Positions 17,593 through 27,559 of a stretch of 58,194 nt of DNA are shown here, piece by piece. Source of the stretch: an uncultured Candidatus Saccharibacteria bacterium (GTDB lineage: Bacteria > Patescibacteriota > Minisyncoccia > Phycocordibacterales > DATGWK01); NCBI GenBank assembly GCA_964428845.1, contig CAYRZH010000001.1, forward strand, positions 1 to 58,194, read 5' to 3'. The notes under the pieces are model-generated. The model did not search any database and was not told the DNA's origin. It worked only from the letters and a program-made list of their open reading frames with translations. How positions within the stretch are numbered: the first letter of the stretch is position 1; each line of letters opens with the position of its first letter. The translations under genes were made by a program, and so were the position numbers.

Positions 17593-17859
17593 CGCGAAAC
17601 TGCTACTCGGATAGGCCGCCAATCCTTCGGGAGAGGCGGCCTGATTTTTTTAATAATTCAAAAAAACTACCTTATACATGCCCTGCTATACACAAATTTG
17701 TATTCCACCAAGGAAAAACTTAAAATTGTTATGTGCGCGGTGGGATCATTCATTTTCATCTCGTTACTCCCGAGCTATACAATTGAATCCAGTCATCTTC
17801 TCCGCTTAAAACTCCATTATGCAAAAAGACTTCTTTTAATAAATCTAACACTCAATCCT

Positions 17860-18596
17860 GTGTCAACAAATCTTATATTAACCTGTGAACACGCGACAAA
17901 TTTTATACCCGAGAAGTACAAAAATATTTTTAGCCTAGAAAAAATGGTTCAGGGTAGGTGGGGTGAAGCAAAAGTAAAGGATGTTCTTGCCGACCATTGG
18001 GGTTGGGATATTGGAGCTTTGTCCGTTGCAGAATATATAAGTAAAAAAACTAGCGTTCCCCTCTCTATTTTTCCTGTGTCCAGACTCCTCATAGAAGGGA
18101 ATCGCTATCTTGATAAATCTCTTTTTTCCGAAGCGTTCACTGCAAAACTCCCCCCAGAAGAACGAAGTTTGCTCAAAGAAAAATACTGGCAATCTCACAT
18201 CGATGTGGTCTGCAACCGAATAAAATCTTTCTCTGGCACACCGGTACTCCATGTCGCAATTCACAGCTTCACGCCAGTGTTTAATAAGGTTGTACGCCAA
18301 ACAGATCTAGGAATATTATTTGATCCAAAACGCCCACAAGAAAAGATACTGGCAAATAATTTACAAAAAAATTACAGGAATTAATTCCTAAATACCGCAC
18401 TCGGAGAAATTACCCTTATACTGGATATTCGGAAGGCTTGAGTACATACCTTAGAAAAAAGTTTCCTGACCCACAGTATGCTGGCATAGAAATTGAAATC
18501 AACAACAAGCATTTGCGGGAAAATACACCGGAGAAAAAAGAAATCGAGGACGCACTTACTCAAGCAATAAAATCTATTTGTCGCATTGAAAACTAA
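17860..18596 (+). pseudogene. N-formylglutamate amidohydrolase family, frameshifted at an A7 run (18365-18371)
   Basis: LILTCEHA, WDIGA, SRLLIEGNR, IHSFTP; one extra A restores RRNYPYTGYSEGLSTYLRK..IEIEINNK to a stop at 18596. Confidence 0.8.
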
Positions 18597-18603
18597 CAAG
18601 CTT

Positions 18604-19173
18604 ATGAAAAGAGTAATCATTGTGCATCGTTGGGAAGGAGGGCCGCATGACGATTGGCGGCCTTGGCTTAAGAATGAACTGGAAAAACTTGACTGTGAAG
18701 TACTGGTTCCCGATATGCCGGATACCGATGTTCCGGTTATAGAGAAATGGGTTAGTAAACTTGCCGAAGTCGTCGGCACCCCTGATGCTGATACTTATTT
18801 CGTCGGACATTCGATTGGCTGCCAGGCAATTCTTCGATATTTGGAAACCACGAACACCCCAGTCGGAGGTGCTATATTCGTAGCTGGCTGGTTCAACCTC
18901 GAAAACTTAGAAGAGGAAGAGGTAAAAGAGATCGCTAAACCTTGGATTGAGACTCCCATAAACCCACAGAAGATAAAGTCTGTCCTCCCAATATCCACTC
19001 TTATCATTTCTGAAAACGATCCATATGGATGTTTAGAAGAAAACAAACAAAAATTCACCGAGATAAATTCCAGAATAGTAGTTGTTCCACATGCTGGACA
19101 CTTTACTACCGAGGATGGGTATAAGAAAATTTCGATTGTGCTGGATGAATTCCAAAAAAATTTTCTTTCCTGA
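18604..19173 (+). CDS. RBBP9/YdeN alpha/beta hydrolase
   Basis: IIVHRW, VGHSIGC, SENDPY, HAGHF. Confidence 0.9.
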   Translation: MKRVIIVHRWEGGPHDDWRPWLKNELEKLDCEVLVPDMPDTDVPVIEKWVSKLAEVVGTPDADTYFVGHSIGCQAILRYLETTNTPVGGAIFVAGWFNLENLEEEEVKEIAKPWIETPINPQKIKSVLPISTLIISENDPYGCLEENKQKFTEINSRIVVVPHAGHFTTEDGYKKISIVLDEFQKNFLS

Positions 19174-19259
19174 TGATTTGAAGGTGAAATCAAAACAAAA
19201 AGACTTTGATCGTAGATTTGATAATAATCCAGACAAATAAAAACCCATTCCGAAATTTT

Positions 19260-19781
19260 ATGCACGAACTCGAACTTACATATCTAGCAAAGAAATTACC
19301 AAAAAATCTGTCGACATTTCCATCGAAAGAAATGTTGGACATTTACCTTCCCTCTACGGCAGTCCACCCAAATTTGAGGATAAGAAAACGGGGTGATATT
19401 TTTGAAATCACAAACAAAAAGCCCGTGAAGCAGGGTGATTCTTCCCACCAGCTCGAGCAAACAATTCCTTTAACCAAAGAAGAGTACGACGAACTAAGCT
19501 CGGTCCAAGGGAAACGTGTCGCAAAAATTCGCTACTACTACAAAGAAAATGGTGCTGATTTTGAAGTTGATGTCTTCGCCGGCGACCTAAAGGGTCTTGT
19601 GCTCGTTGATGTCGAGTTCAGCTCGATTGAGGCTAAAGACTCCTTTGCGATCCCCTCTTTCTGCCTCGCAGATGTCACTCAAGAGCATTTTCTCGCGGGC
19701 GGAATGCTCTGCGGTAAAACTTATGCTGATATAGAAAAAGATTTGGACAGATTTGGATATAAAAAACTATTTTTAAACTAA
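19260..19781 (+). CDS. CYTH-domain protein
   Basis: HELELTYL, LRIRK, K.RY, EVD, LVDVEF. Confidence 0.85.
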   Translation: MHELELTYLAKKLPKNLSTFPSKEMLDIYLPSTAVHPNLRIRKRGDIFEITNKKPVKQGDSSHQLEQTIPLTKEEYDELSSVQGKRVAKIRYYYKENGADFEVDVFAGDLKGLVLVDVEFSSIEAKDSFAIPSFCLADVTQEHFLAGGMLCGKTYADIEKDLDRFGYKKLFLN

Positions 19782-19904
19782 AACCGCAGTCCTTACCATT
19801 TTGTATTTGAAAAATTTAAATTGTGCTACCATACGGCGTAGAATGTAACTGTGTGACGTCGACCATCATTTTCTGGGCAAAACAGAGAGAAAGGGGCGGG
19901 ACTA

Positions 19905-20504
19905 ATGTTTGGAAAGATAAGGCTCATATTCTACCTCCACATGCTTCTACTAAGCTCGAGAGCGGTGAGAAGAAAAGAGAAAAGTTGGGGTATAGGAGGA
20001 GCACTTCTAAGGTCTGTGGATACTGCGCTATGGTGTGCCAATAGGGTTTTACTATTGAGCCAGTTCGCGAAAAATCCTGACAACTTCAGGCGACAGCTAA
20101 GCAAATCCATCCTTTCACTAGAAAGAAAAAGTAGGCTGTGCCTACTACCAAAAGAGGGAGGAGTTCTCGTCATAGACGCTTTCGGAACAATTCTTCAAAA
20201 CAACGCCACGGCGGCCCCCTATGAATTCTGGCTGCGTTTCAGGCAGATCAGCGACACTGCAAACAGAATCTTATCTCGCGATGAGCAGTGCCTTTCAGAA
20301 GAGATCGCAAGTCTCTTGTCCCATGAAGAATTGTTCCCCAGTGCCCTCTGTGTAATATTGGAGAGTCTTACAGAAGAAGGTTACACTGTTGACGTGGTAA
20401 AGGAAGCTCTACGAATATACATTTCCGATCTCGAACATTACCTAACCGAATGGCTGAAAGAGGAAATGCCGGCGTCGACCACCAGCTCAAATCCGCGACC
20501 CTGA
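19905..20504 (+). CDS. Hypothetical protein
   Basis: 199-aa ORF with purine-rich RBS and terminator AAATCCGC..GCGGATTTT. Confidence 0.7.
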   Translation: MFGKIRLIFYLHMLLLSSRAVRRKEKSWGIGGALLRSVDTALWCANRVLLLSQFAKNPDNFRRQLSKSILSLERKSRLCLLPKEGGVLVIDAFGTILQNNATAAPYEFWLRFRQISDTANRILSRDEQCLSEEIASLLSHEELFPSALCVILESLTEEGYTVDVVKEALRIYISDLEHYLTEWLKEEMPASTTSSNPRP

Positions 20505-20556
20505 AGTGATTGCGGATTTTTTCTACCCTAACAAAAAACCACCCCCGAGAGGGCGG

Positions 20557-20931
20557 TCAGCGGCACAGACATAGCACTTCACCGGGCATAACTTCACCTA
20601 CTGTATTTGTCGGAACGTTTGATTTCCCCTTCTTTTCTTTTTTCCTTTTTTTTCCAACAAACAAGAAATATCGACCTTGGTCATCATAACCCCGAACTGC
20701 CCACCAGAGAGCAGCTGTCGGAATCTTCTCTTCCAGGACAGCGAGAACCTCCTGCCCCGAAACCCTAAAGATCTGCCTTCTTCCCTCGGTACCTTGAGAC
20801 CCATCGGCCAGCAGGACGTACGGAAGTATGAGCCCCAACAAAGCCCTGCGAACCCAAAAGGGTTGTCCTCCATCCGGAATCCTCGTGATCAAGATACGAG
20901 AACCGTCCAAGACCCGAGCATCCGCTTTCAC
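20557..20931 (-). CDS. Hypothetical protein
   Basis: AAGGAG RBS before GTG at 20931; convergent terminator at about 20530-20555. Confidence 0.65.
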   Translation of the reverse strand: MKADARVLDGSRILITRIPDGGQPFWVRRALLGLILPYVLLADGSQGTEGRRQIFRVSGQEVLAVLEEKIPTAALWWAVRGYDDQGRYFLFVGKKRKKEKKGKSNVPTNTVGEVMPGEVLCLCR

Positions 20932-20979
20932 TTTTTTCTCCTTTATTTCCCCTTCTATAGATATGCTACAATATTTTTC

Positions 20980-21306
20980 ATGCCCCCACAAAACGAAAAT
21001 ACAAAGAGTTATCCGGTAAACATCACAGCCGAGTACCCCGAAAAATCTTCAAGATGGCTTGCGCTAGCTACCCTACTCTTGTTCTTCCCAAAACTTATTC
21101 TCCTCCTTCCCCACATCATCGTCCTATATGTACTCCAATTTTTAATGATGATCGCTTGGGCAGTTTCACAGATCGTCGTTCTGTTTGTCGGTGTTTATCC
21201 GCGAGGTCTATATGATTTCAATCTTGGTGTTCTGCGCTGGCAGACGCGCATGTCGGCATATATCTTGGGACTCGTGGACAAATATCCTCCGTTTAGTCTG
21301 AAGTAA
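20980..21306 (+). CDS. DUF4389-like membrane protein
   Basis: YPEKSSRWL, LLLPHIIVL, GVYPRGLYDF..GVLRWQTRMSAY..DKYPPFSL. Confidence 0.85.
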   Translation: MPPQNENTKSYPVNITAEYPEKSSRWLALATLLLFFPKLILLLPHIIVLYVLQFLMMIAWAVSQIVVLFVGVYPRGLYDFNLGVLRWQTRMSAYILGLVDKYPPFSLK

Positions 21307-21388
21307 GAAGATTGTGTACAAACGTCTATAATATACGCAGGGTCAAAGTAACAAACCGAAAAAGCTTTATAAATTAACCTCTTGAAAC

Positions 21389-22489
21389 ATGAATAATAAA
21401 GGAATCGTTAGCACAACAATGCTTGCGGTTATCGTGTTGGTGCTGGTTCTCGTCGGCGCTGGAACATATTTTCTTTTGAATAAGGACGGTGCGTCACCGA
21501 GTGGGAACCCGATTGCTACGTCGACTCCTATCACGCCTACACCGCCCCCAGGGACATCAGCGCCGATCAATATCACCGGCGAGATCACATGTCTACCGAA
21601 AAAAGGCTCCGGGCCACAGACTTTGGAATGTGCCATTGGGCTCAAGGGAAACAACGGTTTGTATTATGGTTTGAAAAACCTATCCCTTTACCCCAACTTT
21701 GCAATCTCTACTGGGACTATGGTTGAAGTCTCCGGAAATTTTATGGCAGAAGAAATGTTTGGCCCGGGTAACTCAAGATACGACATAGCCGGCACGATCG
21801 ATATCACATCAATAAAAGAGGTCTCAATCTCCCCTCCCCCAGGCCAAATTGAAAAAATATCCTTGAAAGAGGGAGAGCGCGAGAGTTCGTTTTTACTACA
21901 AAAAATATATCCTGATCGAGTCACGGGTCTGAATTATATGGAATATCCGGTAGCAACTGGACAAGGGACAGCGGTGACTTTACGCATCGGTGAAAGCGTT
22001 AGTAATGGCTGTACAGTAGTCCTTACCCTTACAAGCATCGAAGGAAATGTTGCAAAATTCAATAAAAAGGTAGACGAGAATCAACCTTGCCCAATATGCC
22101 TCGCAGAGGGTACATCGATCGATACACCACAGGGACCTATGCCAGTAGAAAAGTTACAAAAAGGGATGAGTGTCTGGACCTCTAATGCGGCTGGCGAGCG
22201 TGTTTCCGGAGTGATAATAAAAACATCAAAGACCCCCGTACCTGAAACTCACAGGGTAGTTCACGTTGTGCTCGAAGACGGACGAGAGGTCTATGTCTCG
22301 CCGGGTCATGATACAAAAGATGGTCGAAGAATCGGCGACCTCGTGGTCGGCGACATCATGGATGGCAGTCGCGTAGTAAAGCTCGAATCACAAACTTACC
22401 AAAAGGGCTACACTTACGACATCCTCCCATCTGGTCAAACGGGATTCTACTGGGCTGGCGGAATCCTACTCGACAGCACGTTGCGCTAG
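21389..22489 (+). CDS. Surface-anchored protein with a C-terminal Hint domain
   Basis: Pilin-like N-terminus (KG.VS..ML) plus TM helix and Pro/Thr linker; C|LAEGTSIDTPQG..V..L.KG..VW; HDTKDG; TYDI; no terminal HN. Confidence 0.78.
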   Translation: MNNKGIVSTTMLAVIVLVLVLVGAGTYFLLNKDGASPSGNPIATSTPITPTPPPGTSAPINITGEITCLPKKGSGPQTLECAIGLKGNNGLYYGLKNLSLYPNFAISTGTMVEVSGNFMAEEMFGPGNSRYDIAGTIDITSIKEVSISPPPGQIEKISLKEGERESSFLLQKIYPDRVTGLNYMEYPVATGQGTAVTLRIGESVSNGCTVVLTLTSIEGNVAKFNKKVDENQPCPICLAEGTSIDTPQGPMPVEKLQKGMSVWTSNAAGERVSGVIIKTSKTPVPETHRVVHVVLEDGREVYVSPGHDTKDGRRIGDLVVGDIMDGSRVVKLESQTYQKGYTYDILPSGQTGFYWAGGILLDSTLR

Positions 22490-22550
22490 AAACTCTTAAA
22501 CCCTTTTATTTAAAAAAACAACCCAAGGCGTGATGACCTTGGGTTGGTTA

Positions 22551-23285
22551 CTAGCGATTCGTACTGGCTCCGACACTCCCCCTCTCGACTTCCCCTCCCT
22601 TGAGAATGCGGACGAGTCGTCGCACCTCTTCGAGCCTTTTGAGAACAACTTCTCTGGGGAAGACCAGGTTTGCCCACTCAGTATCGAAATTCAAATCCGC
22701 AAGAAACCCCTCCTGTCTCTCAAGCATTGAAAGAAAAGATTCGCCCCACTCGGCTCCAAGTCCGATGATGACCTGCTGAATCCAGGCATTGTCTAGAACC
22801 TGACATCTGTCTGCGTCCCTTATGATCGCGACGCGAAGATCGCTCTTATACGGTTCTTCGAGTTCCACGTGTGGGCTTTCGGTTGCCTTCATGAGCATAG
22901 AGATATCATTGAAATGAACGATGTCTTCAGGAAGACAGAAGGTTTCAAGCGCCCGTATTGCTCTTGTGATATTGAGGTCATCGTGACCCCTCATCCCCGA
23001 GTGGTCGTAATCGTGGGATAGCGCGGCGATGAAAAGATTGCGCATTCCCCTGGGCGTCAGCTTTTCTGCATTACACGAACAGTCGTGGCGATAGAAAAAA
23101 CACGCCTGGTAACAGAGCCACAACACATGAAACGAATGCCTGAAGTTGTGGTACGGCAACCTAAGGTTTTGGGCATTAAAACAAACCGCCCTGAAGTAAT
23201 GCCCAAGATCCCCCTCATAAAACCTCAGATCATTGGCAATGATCTCGACAAGACTCACTGCGACAAGCGGTGGTCTCCTCAACAT
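22551..23285 (-). CDS. HD-domain phosphohydrolase (PDEase-like)
   Basis: PYHNFRHS, HDYDHSG, IRDAD; AAGGAGG RBS. Confidence 0.8.
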   Translation of the reverse strand: MLRRPPLVAVSLVEIIANDLRFYEGDLGHYFRAVCFNAQNLRLPYHNFRHSFHVLWLCYQACFFYRHDCSCNAEKLTPRGMRNLFIAALSHDYDHSGMRGHDDLNITRAIRALETFCLPEDIVHFNDISMLMKATESPHVELEEPYKSDLRVAIIRDADRCQVLDNAWIQQVIIGLGAEWGESFLSMLERQEGFLADLNFDTEWANLVFPREVVLKRLEEVRRLVRILKGGEVERGSVGASTNR

Positions 23286-23502
23286 CTGTTCCTCCTTCTT
23301 TTTTAACCTGTCAGACAGGGTTTATTCCTGACGTATTCCTGGCACAATATATATTAACCATGACAACTTATCAATTAAGAATCTCTTCAAATTCTCCTCG
23401 GGCTAGACTTGACTGCACGGGTCCCTCATGTTAAAATCCCACTAGAACAAAAACGGGTCGGTGTGACCCGAAGAGCATTCACAATCAGCGTGGAGGTGAA
23501 GA

Positions 23503-24171
23503 ATGCAGTGGCTCAAGAATCGACTATGCGTAAAAGATCGGTGTCCGCCGACGACAGATGGCAGATGGGTAGTGGGTGCCACATATGTGCCAGGACTCTG
23601 TTTGGAGCGCACCCGCACAGCTCTCTGTGGTATGAACGTCAACTGCATGATAAGAGCGGCGAGCCAGATGCACGAAGGTATCGCAAGATTCATCTACTCT
23701 GGCTGCTACGGTGGAGAGGAGATGATGAAGGAACTTCATCTCCGTCATGCCATAGCCACCGGCTGGAGGGTTCCCGAAAACAAAATTTGGGAAATCCACG
23801 GTATCACCGACACGAGAGATGAGCTCATGAAGCTTCTAGCAGTGCTCAAGGGAGCTGGCGTCACAAGTGTCCTCCTTGTCTCTGATGAGTACCACATGCC
23901 CCGCCTAGTTCGCTGGGCCAAGATCCTGCTCCCAGGAATCGAGGTCTACCATATCTCGGTCCACACGGAGAGATACAGGAGAACGTGGGAATCCACCGGC
24001 CTCATGGGCTGGGTCAAGAGCGTCCGGGCGGGTTTTCGCCCGCTCTGGATCGGCTGGAATCTGACAATGAATCTCGCCACCCCCATCCTTCTCCGCAAGG
24101 AACTGCGGGCCCGTCGAGTCGACCAGCGAGCTGCCGAGCGAGAAGCCAAGCAAAGAGCAAAAACGGCCTAG
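23503..24171 (+). CDS. YdcF/DUF218-family protein
   Basis: FIYSG, TDTRDE, LLVSDEYHMPR; GGAGG RBS; promoter TTGACT-17-TAAAAT. Confidence 0.75.
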   Translation: MQWLKNRLCVKDRCPPTTDGRWVVGATYVPGLCLERTRTALCGMNVNCMIRAASQMHEGIARFIYSGCYGGEEMMKELHLRHAIATGWRVPENKIWEIHGITDTRDELMKLLAVLKGAGVTSVLLVSDEYHMPRLVRWAKILLPGIEVYHISVHTERYRRTWESTGLMGWVKSVRAGFRPLWIGWNLTMNLATPILLRKELRARRVDQRAAEREAKQRAKTA

Positions 24172-24320
24172 CCGTCTAGTTCCTTCGTTCACCACCGCCG
24201 TGCCCATGCTTGGGCGCGGCGGTTTTTTTGTTTTCTATTGTCCACCACTTGAATATTCTGTTTAAATAAAGGGGGTATAATAATTGCATTAGTTTGCAAT
24301 TATCAAATCAGTACATAAAT

Positions 24321-24704
24321 ATGAATTTAAAAGCTGTTGAGTGGGTTCTGCGTATCGCTATCGCTGGTGAGTTTATAGGACACGGAGCATTTGCGCTTCA
24401 GGGTAAAGAAGGGTGGTTTAAATATTTTGAATCAGTGGGTATTACGAGCCCCGAGACGATCGTTTCTATCCTTTTACTCGTAGGCGCACTGGACATCGCA
24501 TTGGCAATACTTATTCTCATAAAACCAGTACGACTTGCACTGTTGTGGATGGCTTTTTGGGGTCTATGGACGGCCCTTATCAGATGGCCGATTGGTCCTG
24601 ATCCTATGTGGGACTTTGTCGAAAGATGGGCAAATTGGGGTGCTCCTTTAGCTTTGCTTCTCCTTCGCGGTTGGCCAAAAAATGTGAGAGAATGGTTTAG
24701 GTAA
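24321..24704 (+). CDS. DoxX-like membrane protein
   Basis: LRIAIAGEFIGHG, four hydrophobic segments, FVERWANWGAP. Confidence 0.7.
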   Translation: MNLKAVEWVLRIAIAGEFIGHGAFALQGKEGWFKYFESVGITSPETIVSILLLVGALDIALAILILIKPVRLALLWMAFWGLWTALIRWPIGPDPMWDFVERWANWGAPLALLLLRGWPKNVREWFR

Positions 24705-24725
24705 TTAAAATTTTGATTAAAAATT

Positions 24726-24983
24726 ATGAGTAACCCGGAACAGGCAATAAGGGATTTGGAAAGAGAACTTGAAAATCTGGAACGAGAAATACATCAGACA
24801 AAAATTGATCTAGAAAGAGAGGAGAAGGTAGTTGATAGAGAAAAACGCGAACTTACCAACGAGGAAGGAAAGGCAACTGCTCTAAGACAGAAACTTGCGC
24901 AACTTGAACAAAATAGGAGTACACATGCGGCAAATATAGAGAGAGTACAAAAAGACTTGGAAAAAGCGACATCAAGGAAATAG
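24726..24983 (+). CDS. Small coiled-coil protein
   Basis: 85-aa ORF rich in E/K/R heptads. Confidence 0.7.
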   Translation: MSNPEQAIRDLERELENLEREIHQTKIDLEREEKVVDREKRELTNEEGKATALRQKLAQLEQNRSTHAANIERVQKDLEKATSRK

Positions 24984-24997
24984 CCCGAGACTCACTC

Positions 24998-27151
24998 ATG
25001 ACCCCAGACTCACCGATTGCGGAATATTTTCGGCTCGTGCCCGCCCAGTCAAAAGCCCTGGCCCGTTTGGGGCTTTTGACCGTAGAAAACCTCTTATACT
25101 ATTTCCCTACTCGTTACGGGACAACAGCCGAAATTAAATATATTGGGAATGTTGTCGTGGGTGAGCAAACAGCAGTATACGGAAAAATATCTGGTCTAAA
25201 GACGAGCAAAGCCTGGAGGAAAAAGATTGCGATGGCCGAGGCAACCATCGAAGATGAGACGGGTAAGATAAAAATAGTTTGGTTCAATCAACCCTACATT
25301 GCAAAAATGCTTCGAGATGGAGCATTTGTGAAAGCAGATGGAAAAGTGAGCGAACGTAAAGGAGAACTTTATCTTACTAACCCGGAAATAAAGCAGGTTG
25401 GTGAGCTACCTACCGCAGTCGGTGACTCACTTTTTGGAGAAGCTGTGGCAAATTTCGGTTTTCCAATATATCCAGAAACCAAAGGTGTCAGTTCAAAGTG
25501 GATTTATCATGCTATTCAAAAGATTTTTAAATCTGGGATTCTCGATAATATTACCGATCCAATTCCACAATCGATTCTGAAGCAATATAATCTACCGGGA
25601 CTCTCTACGGCTCTCATATGGATCCACGCCCCACAGAAGGAGTCTGATTCGGTGGCGGCACGTAAGCGTTTCGCCTTCGAAGAAATATTTTTCATCCAGC
25701 TCGGCAAACAAAAAGAGCGTCGCGACTACGAGAAGAAACCTTCGTTTAAGATTTTTAAAAGCGAGATGGAGATGGATGGGTTTATAAAGCGCTTCCCTTT
25801 TAAGCCGACTACAGCCCAACTCAAAGCTGTTTCGGATATTTTGACTGACATGAGGAAAGATCATGCCATGTCGCGCCTACTCGAAGGCGATGTCGGTAGT
25901 GGCAAAACTGCCGTGGCCGCAACCACTGTTTATGCCGTCACTACTACCCAACCGAAAAACCAAAACTTTGGGAATCTCCAGACTGCATATATGGCCCCCA
26001 CAGAGATCCTGGCCACCCAACATTTTGAGTCGTTCATAAAATATTTTGCGTATTTGGGAATAAATATCGGCTTGATCACGAGTAGTGGTTGTAAAAAATT
26101 TCCATCGAAAGTGAGGCCGACCGAGGCAACAGACATTTCTCGCGCCCAACTTTTGAAATGGGTAGCGGGCGGCGAGATCCCCATTCTTATCGGCACACAT
26201 TCACTCATAGAGAAATCAGTAAAGTTTAAAAACCTCGCGTACATCATTATCGACGAGCAGCATCGCTTTGGCACCGCCCAGCGCCAGCGCTTGCGACGTA
26301 AAGACGATCTTGCACCACACCTACTCTCAATGACCGCCACCCCTATCCCCCGGACTTTGGCCCTCACAATCTATGGCGATCTAGATCTCACCCTTCTCGA
26401 TGAAATGCCCGAGGGGCGCAAACAGGTAATCACGGAAATAGTGCTTCCTGGCGAGCGTGAGAAAACTTACGAGAAAATCCGCGCCGAGCTTAGGGCGGGC
26501 CGGCAGATGTACGTGATCTGCCCACGCATCAATGAACCCGACCCGACAAAAGAGATGGCTTTAAACGTAAAATCGGTGACAGAAGAAGCAGAGAGGCTAA
26601 AGCGCGATGTTTTTCGTGAATATGAAATAGGGATTTTGCACAGCAAGATGAAGCCAGGCGAAAAAGAACAAGTGATGCAGGATTTTAAAAATGGTGAAAT
26701 CGATATTCTTGTGGCAACGTCGGTCGTCGAAGTGGGCGTGAATGTGCCGAACGCGACAGTGATCGTTCTTGAGGGCGCCGAGCGTTTTGGTCTGGCCCAG
26801 CTCCACCAGCTTCGTGGGCGCGTGTTGCGAAGCAGCCACCAGGCTTACTGCTATGTGTTTGCAGATGCCAAAACAGAAAAAACCGTAGAGAGACTGAAGG
26901 CTCTAAAGACAGCCAGAAACGGCTTTGAGCTTGCAGAATTTGATCTTGCCCAACGTGGCGCGGGCGAGCTATATGGCCGCAAGCAGTGGGGCATCTCCGA
27001 CGTGGCGATGGAAGGGATAAAAAATATAAAGATGGTCGAGGCTGCCCGCAAAGAAGCAACCTTCATGATCGACTCTGACCCCACCCTCTCTCGCCACCCG
27101 ACCGTACTTGCGCGACTAAATAGGAAAAATTCAGAGATACATTTTGAGTAG
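24998..27151 (+). CDS. recG: ATP-dependent DNA helicase RecG
   Basis: LYYFPTRY wedge domain, EGDVGSGKT, DEQHRFG, GLAQLHQLRGRV, TRG motif RGAGE. Confidence 0.97.
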   Translation: MTPDSPIAEYFRLVPAQSKALARLGLLTVENLLYYFPTRYGTTAEIKYIGNVVVGEQTAVYGKISGLKTSKAWRKKIAMAEATIEDETGKIKIVWFNQPYIAKMLRDGAFVKADGKVSERKGELYLTNPEIKQVGELPTAVGDSLFGEAVANFGFPIYPETKGVSSKWIYHAIQKIFKSGILDNITDPIPQSILKQYNLPGLSTALIWIHAPQKESDSVAARKRFAFEEIFFIQLGKQKERRDYEKKPSFKIFKSEMEMDGFIKRFPFKPTTAQLKAVSDILTDMRKDHAMSRLLEGDVGSGKTAVAATTVYAVTTTQPKNQNFGNLQTAYMAPTEILATQHFESFIKYFAYLGINIGLITSSGCKKFPSKVRPTEATDISRAQLLKWVAGGEIPILIGTHSLIEKSVKFKNLAYIIIDEQHRFGTAQRQRLRRKDDLAPHLLSMTATPIPRTLALTIYGDLDLTLLDEMPEGRKQVITEIVLPGEREKTYEKIRAELRAGRQMYVICPRINEPDPTKEMALNVKSVTEEAERLKRDVFREYEIGILHSKMKPGEKEQVMQDFKNGEIDILVATSVVEVGVNVPNATVIVLEGAERFGLAQLHQLRGRVLRSSHQAYCYVFADAKTEKTVERLKALKTARNGFELAEFDLAQRGAGELYGRKQWGISDVAMEGIKNIKMVEAARKEATFMIDSDPTLSRHPTVLARLNRKNSEIHFE

Positions 27152-27326
27152 TGTAAAAAAATGAATAGATTCCGAGACAATAGATACATTTCTCAATGTC
27201 TGGCTAGGGGGTTGCCTTCGGAGAGCGGAAAATTTACCTGTGCTCGATGAGGGGGCTTCATTTTTTCACACTCACCCAAGGGGTTCCCGATAGCTTTTTC
27301 TAGTGATATAGTACGGTCGTGCAGAC

Positions 27327-27398
27327 CCATCCTTAGCTCAGCGGTAGAGCAGTCGTCTTATACACGACTGGCCCCAGGTTCGAATCCTGGAGGATGGA
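27327..27398 (+). tRNA. tRNA-Ile with UAU anticodon
   Basis: CCATCCT/AGGATGG acceptor stem with A73; D arm GCTC..GAGC; anticodon arm GTCGT-CTTATAC-ACGAC; T arm CCAGG-TTCGAAT-CCTGG. Confidence 0.9.
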
Positions 27399-27559
27399 TA
27401 CGATTAATTCTTAATTTTTTCTTGATAAAGGAAAAAGTCTATCAAAGACATGCTCTGATAGACTTTTTCACTTTCTCTCCTCCCTCTCGAGAGGCGGGCC
27501 CGAAGGCACTGTTGGTGAGAATGCTAGCAAATTCTGAACAGAAAGTCAAGTAAAAACTC

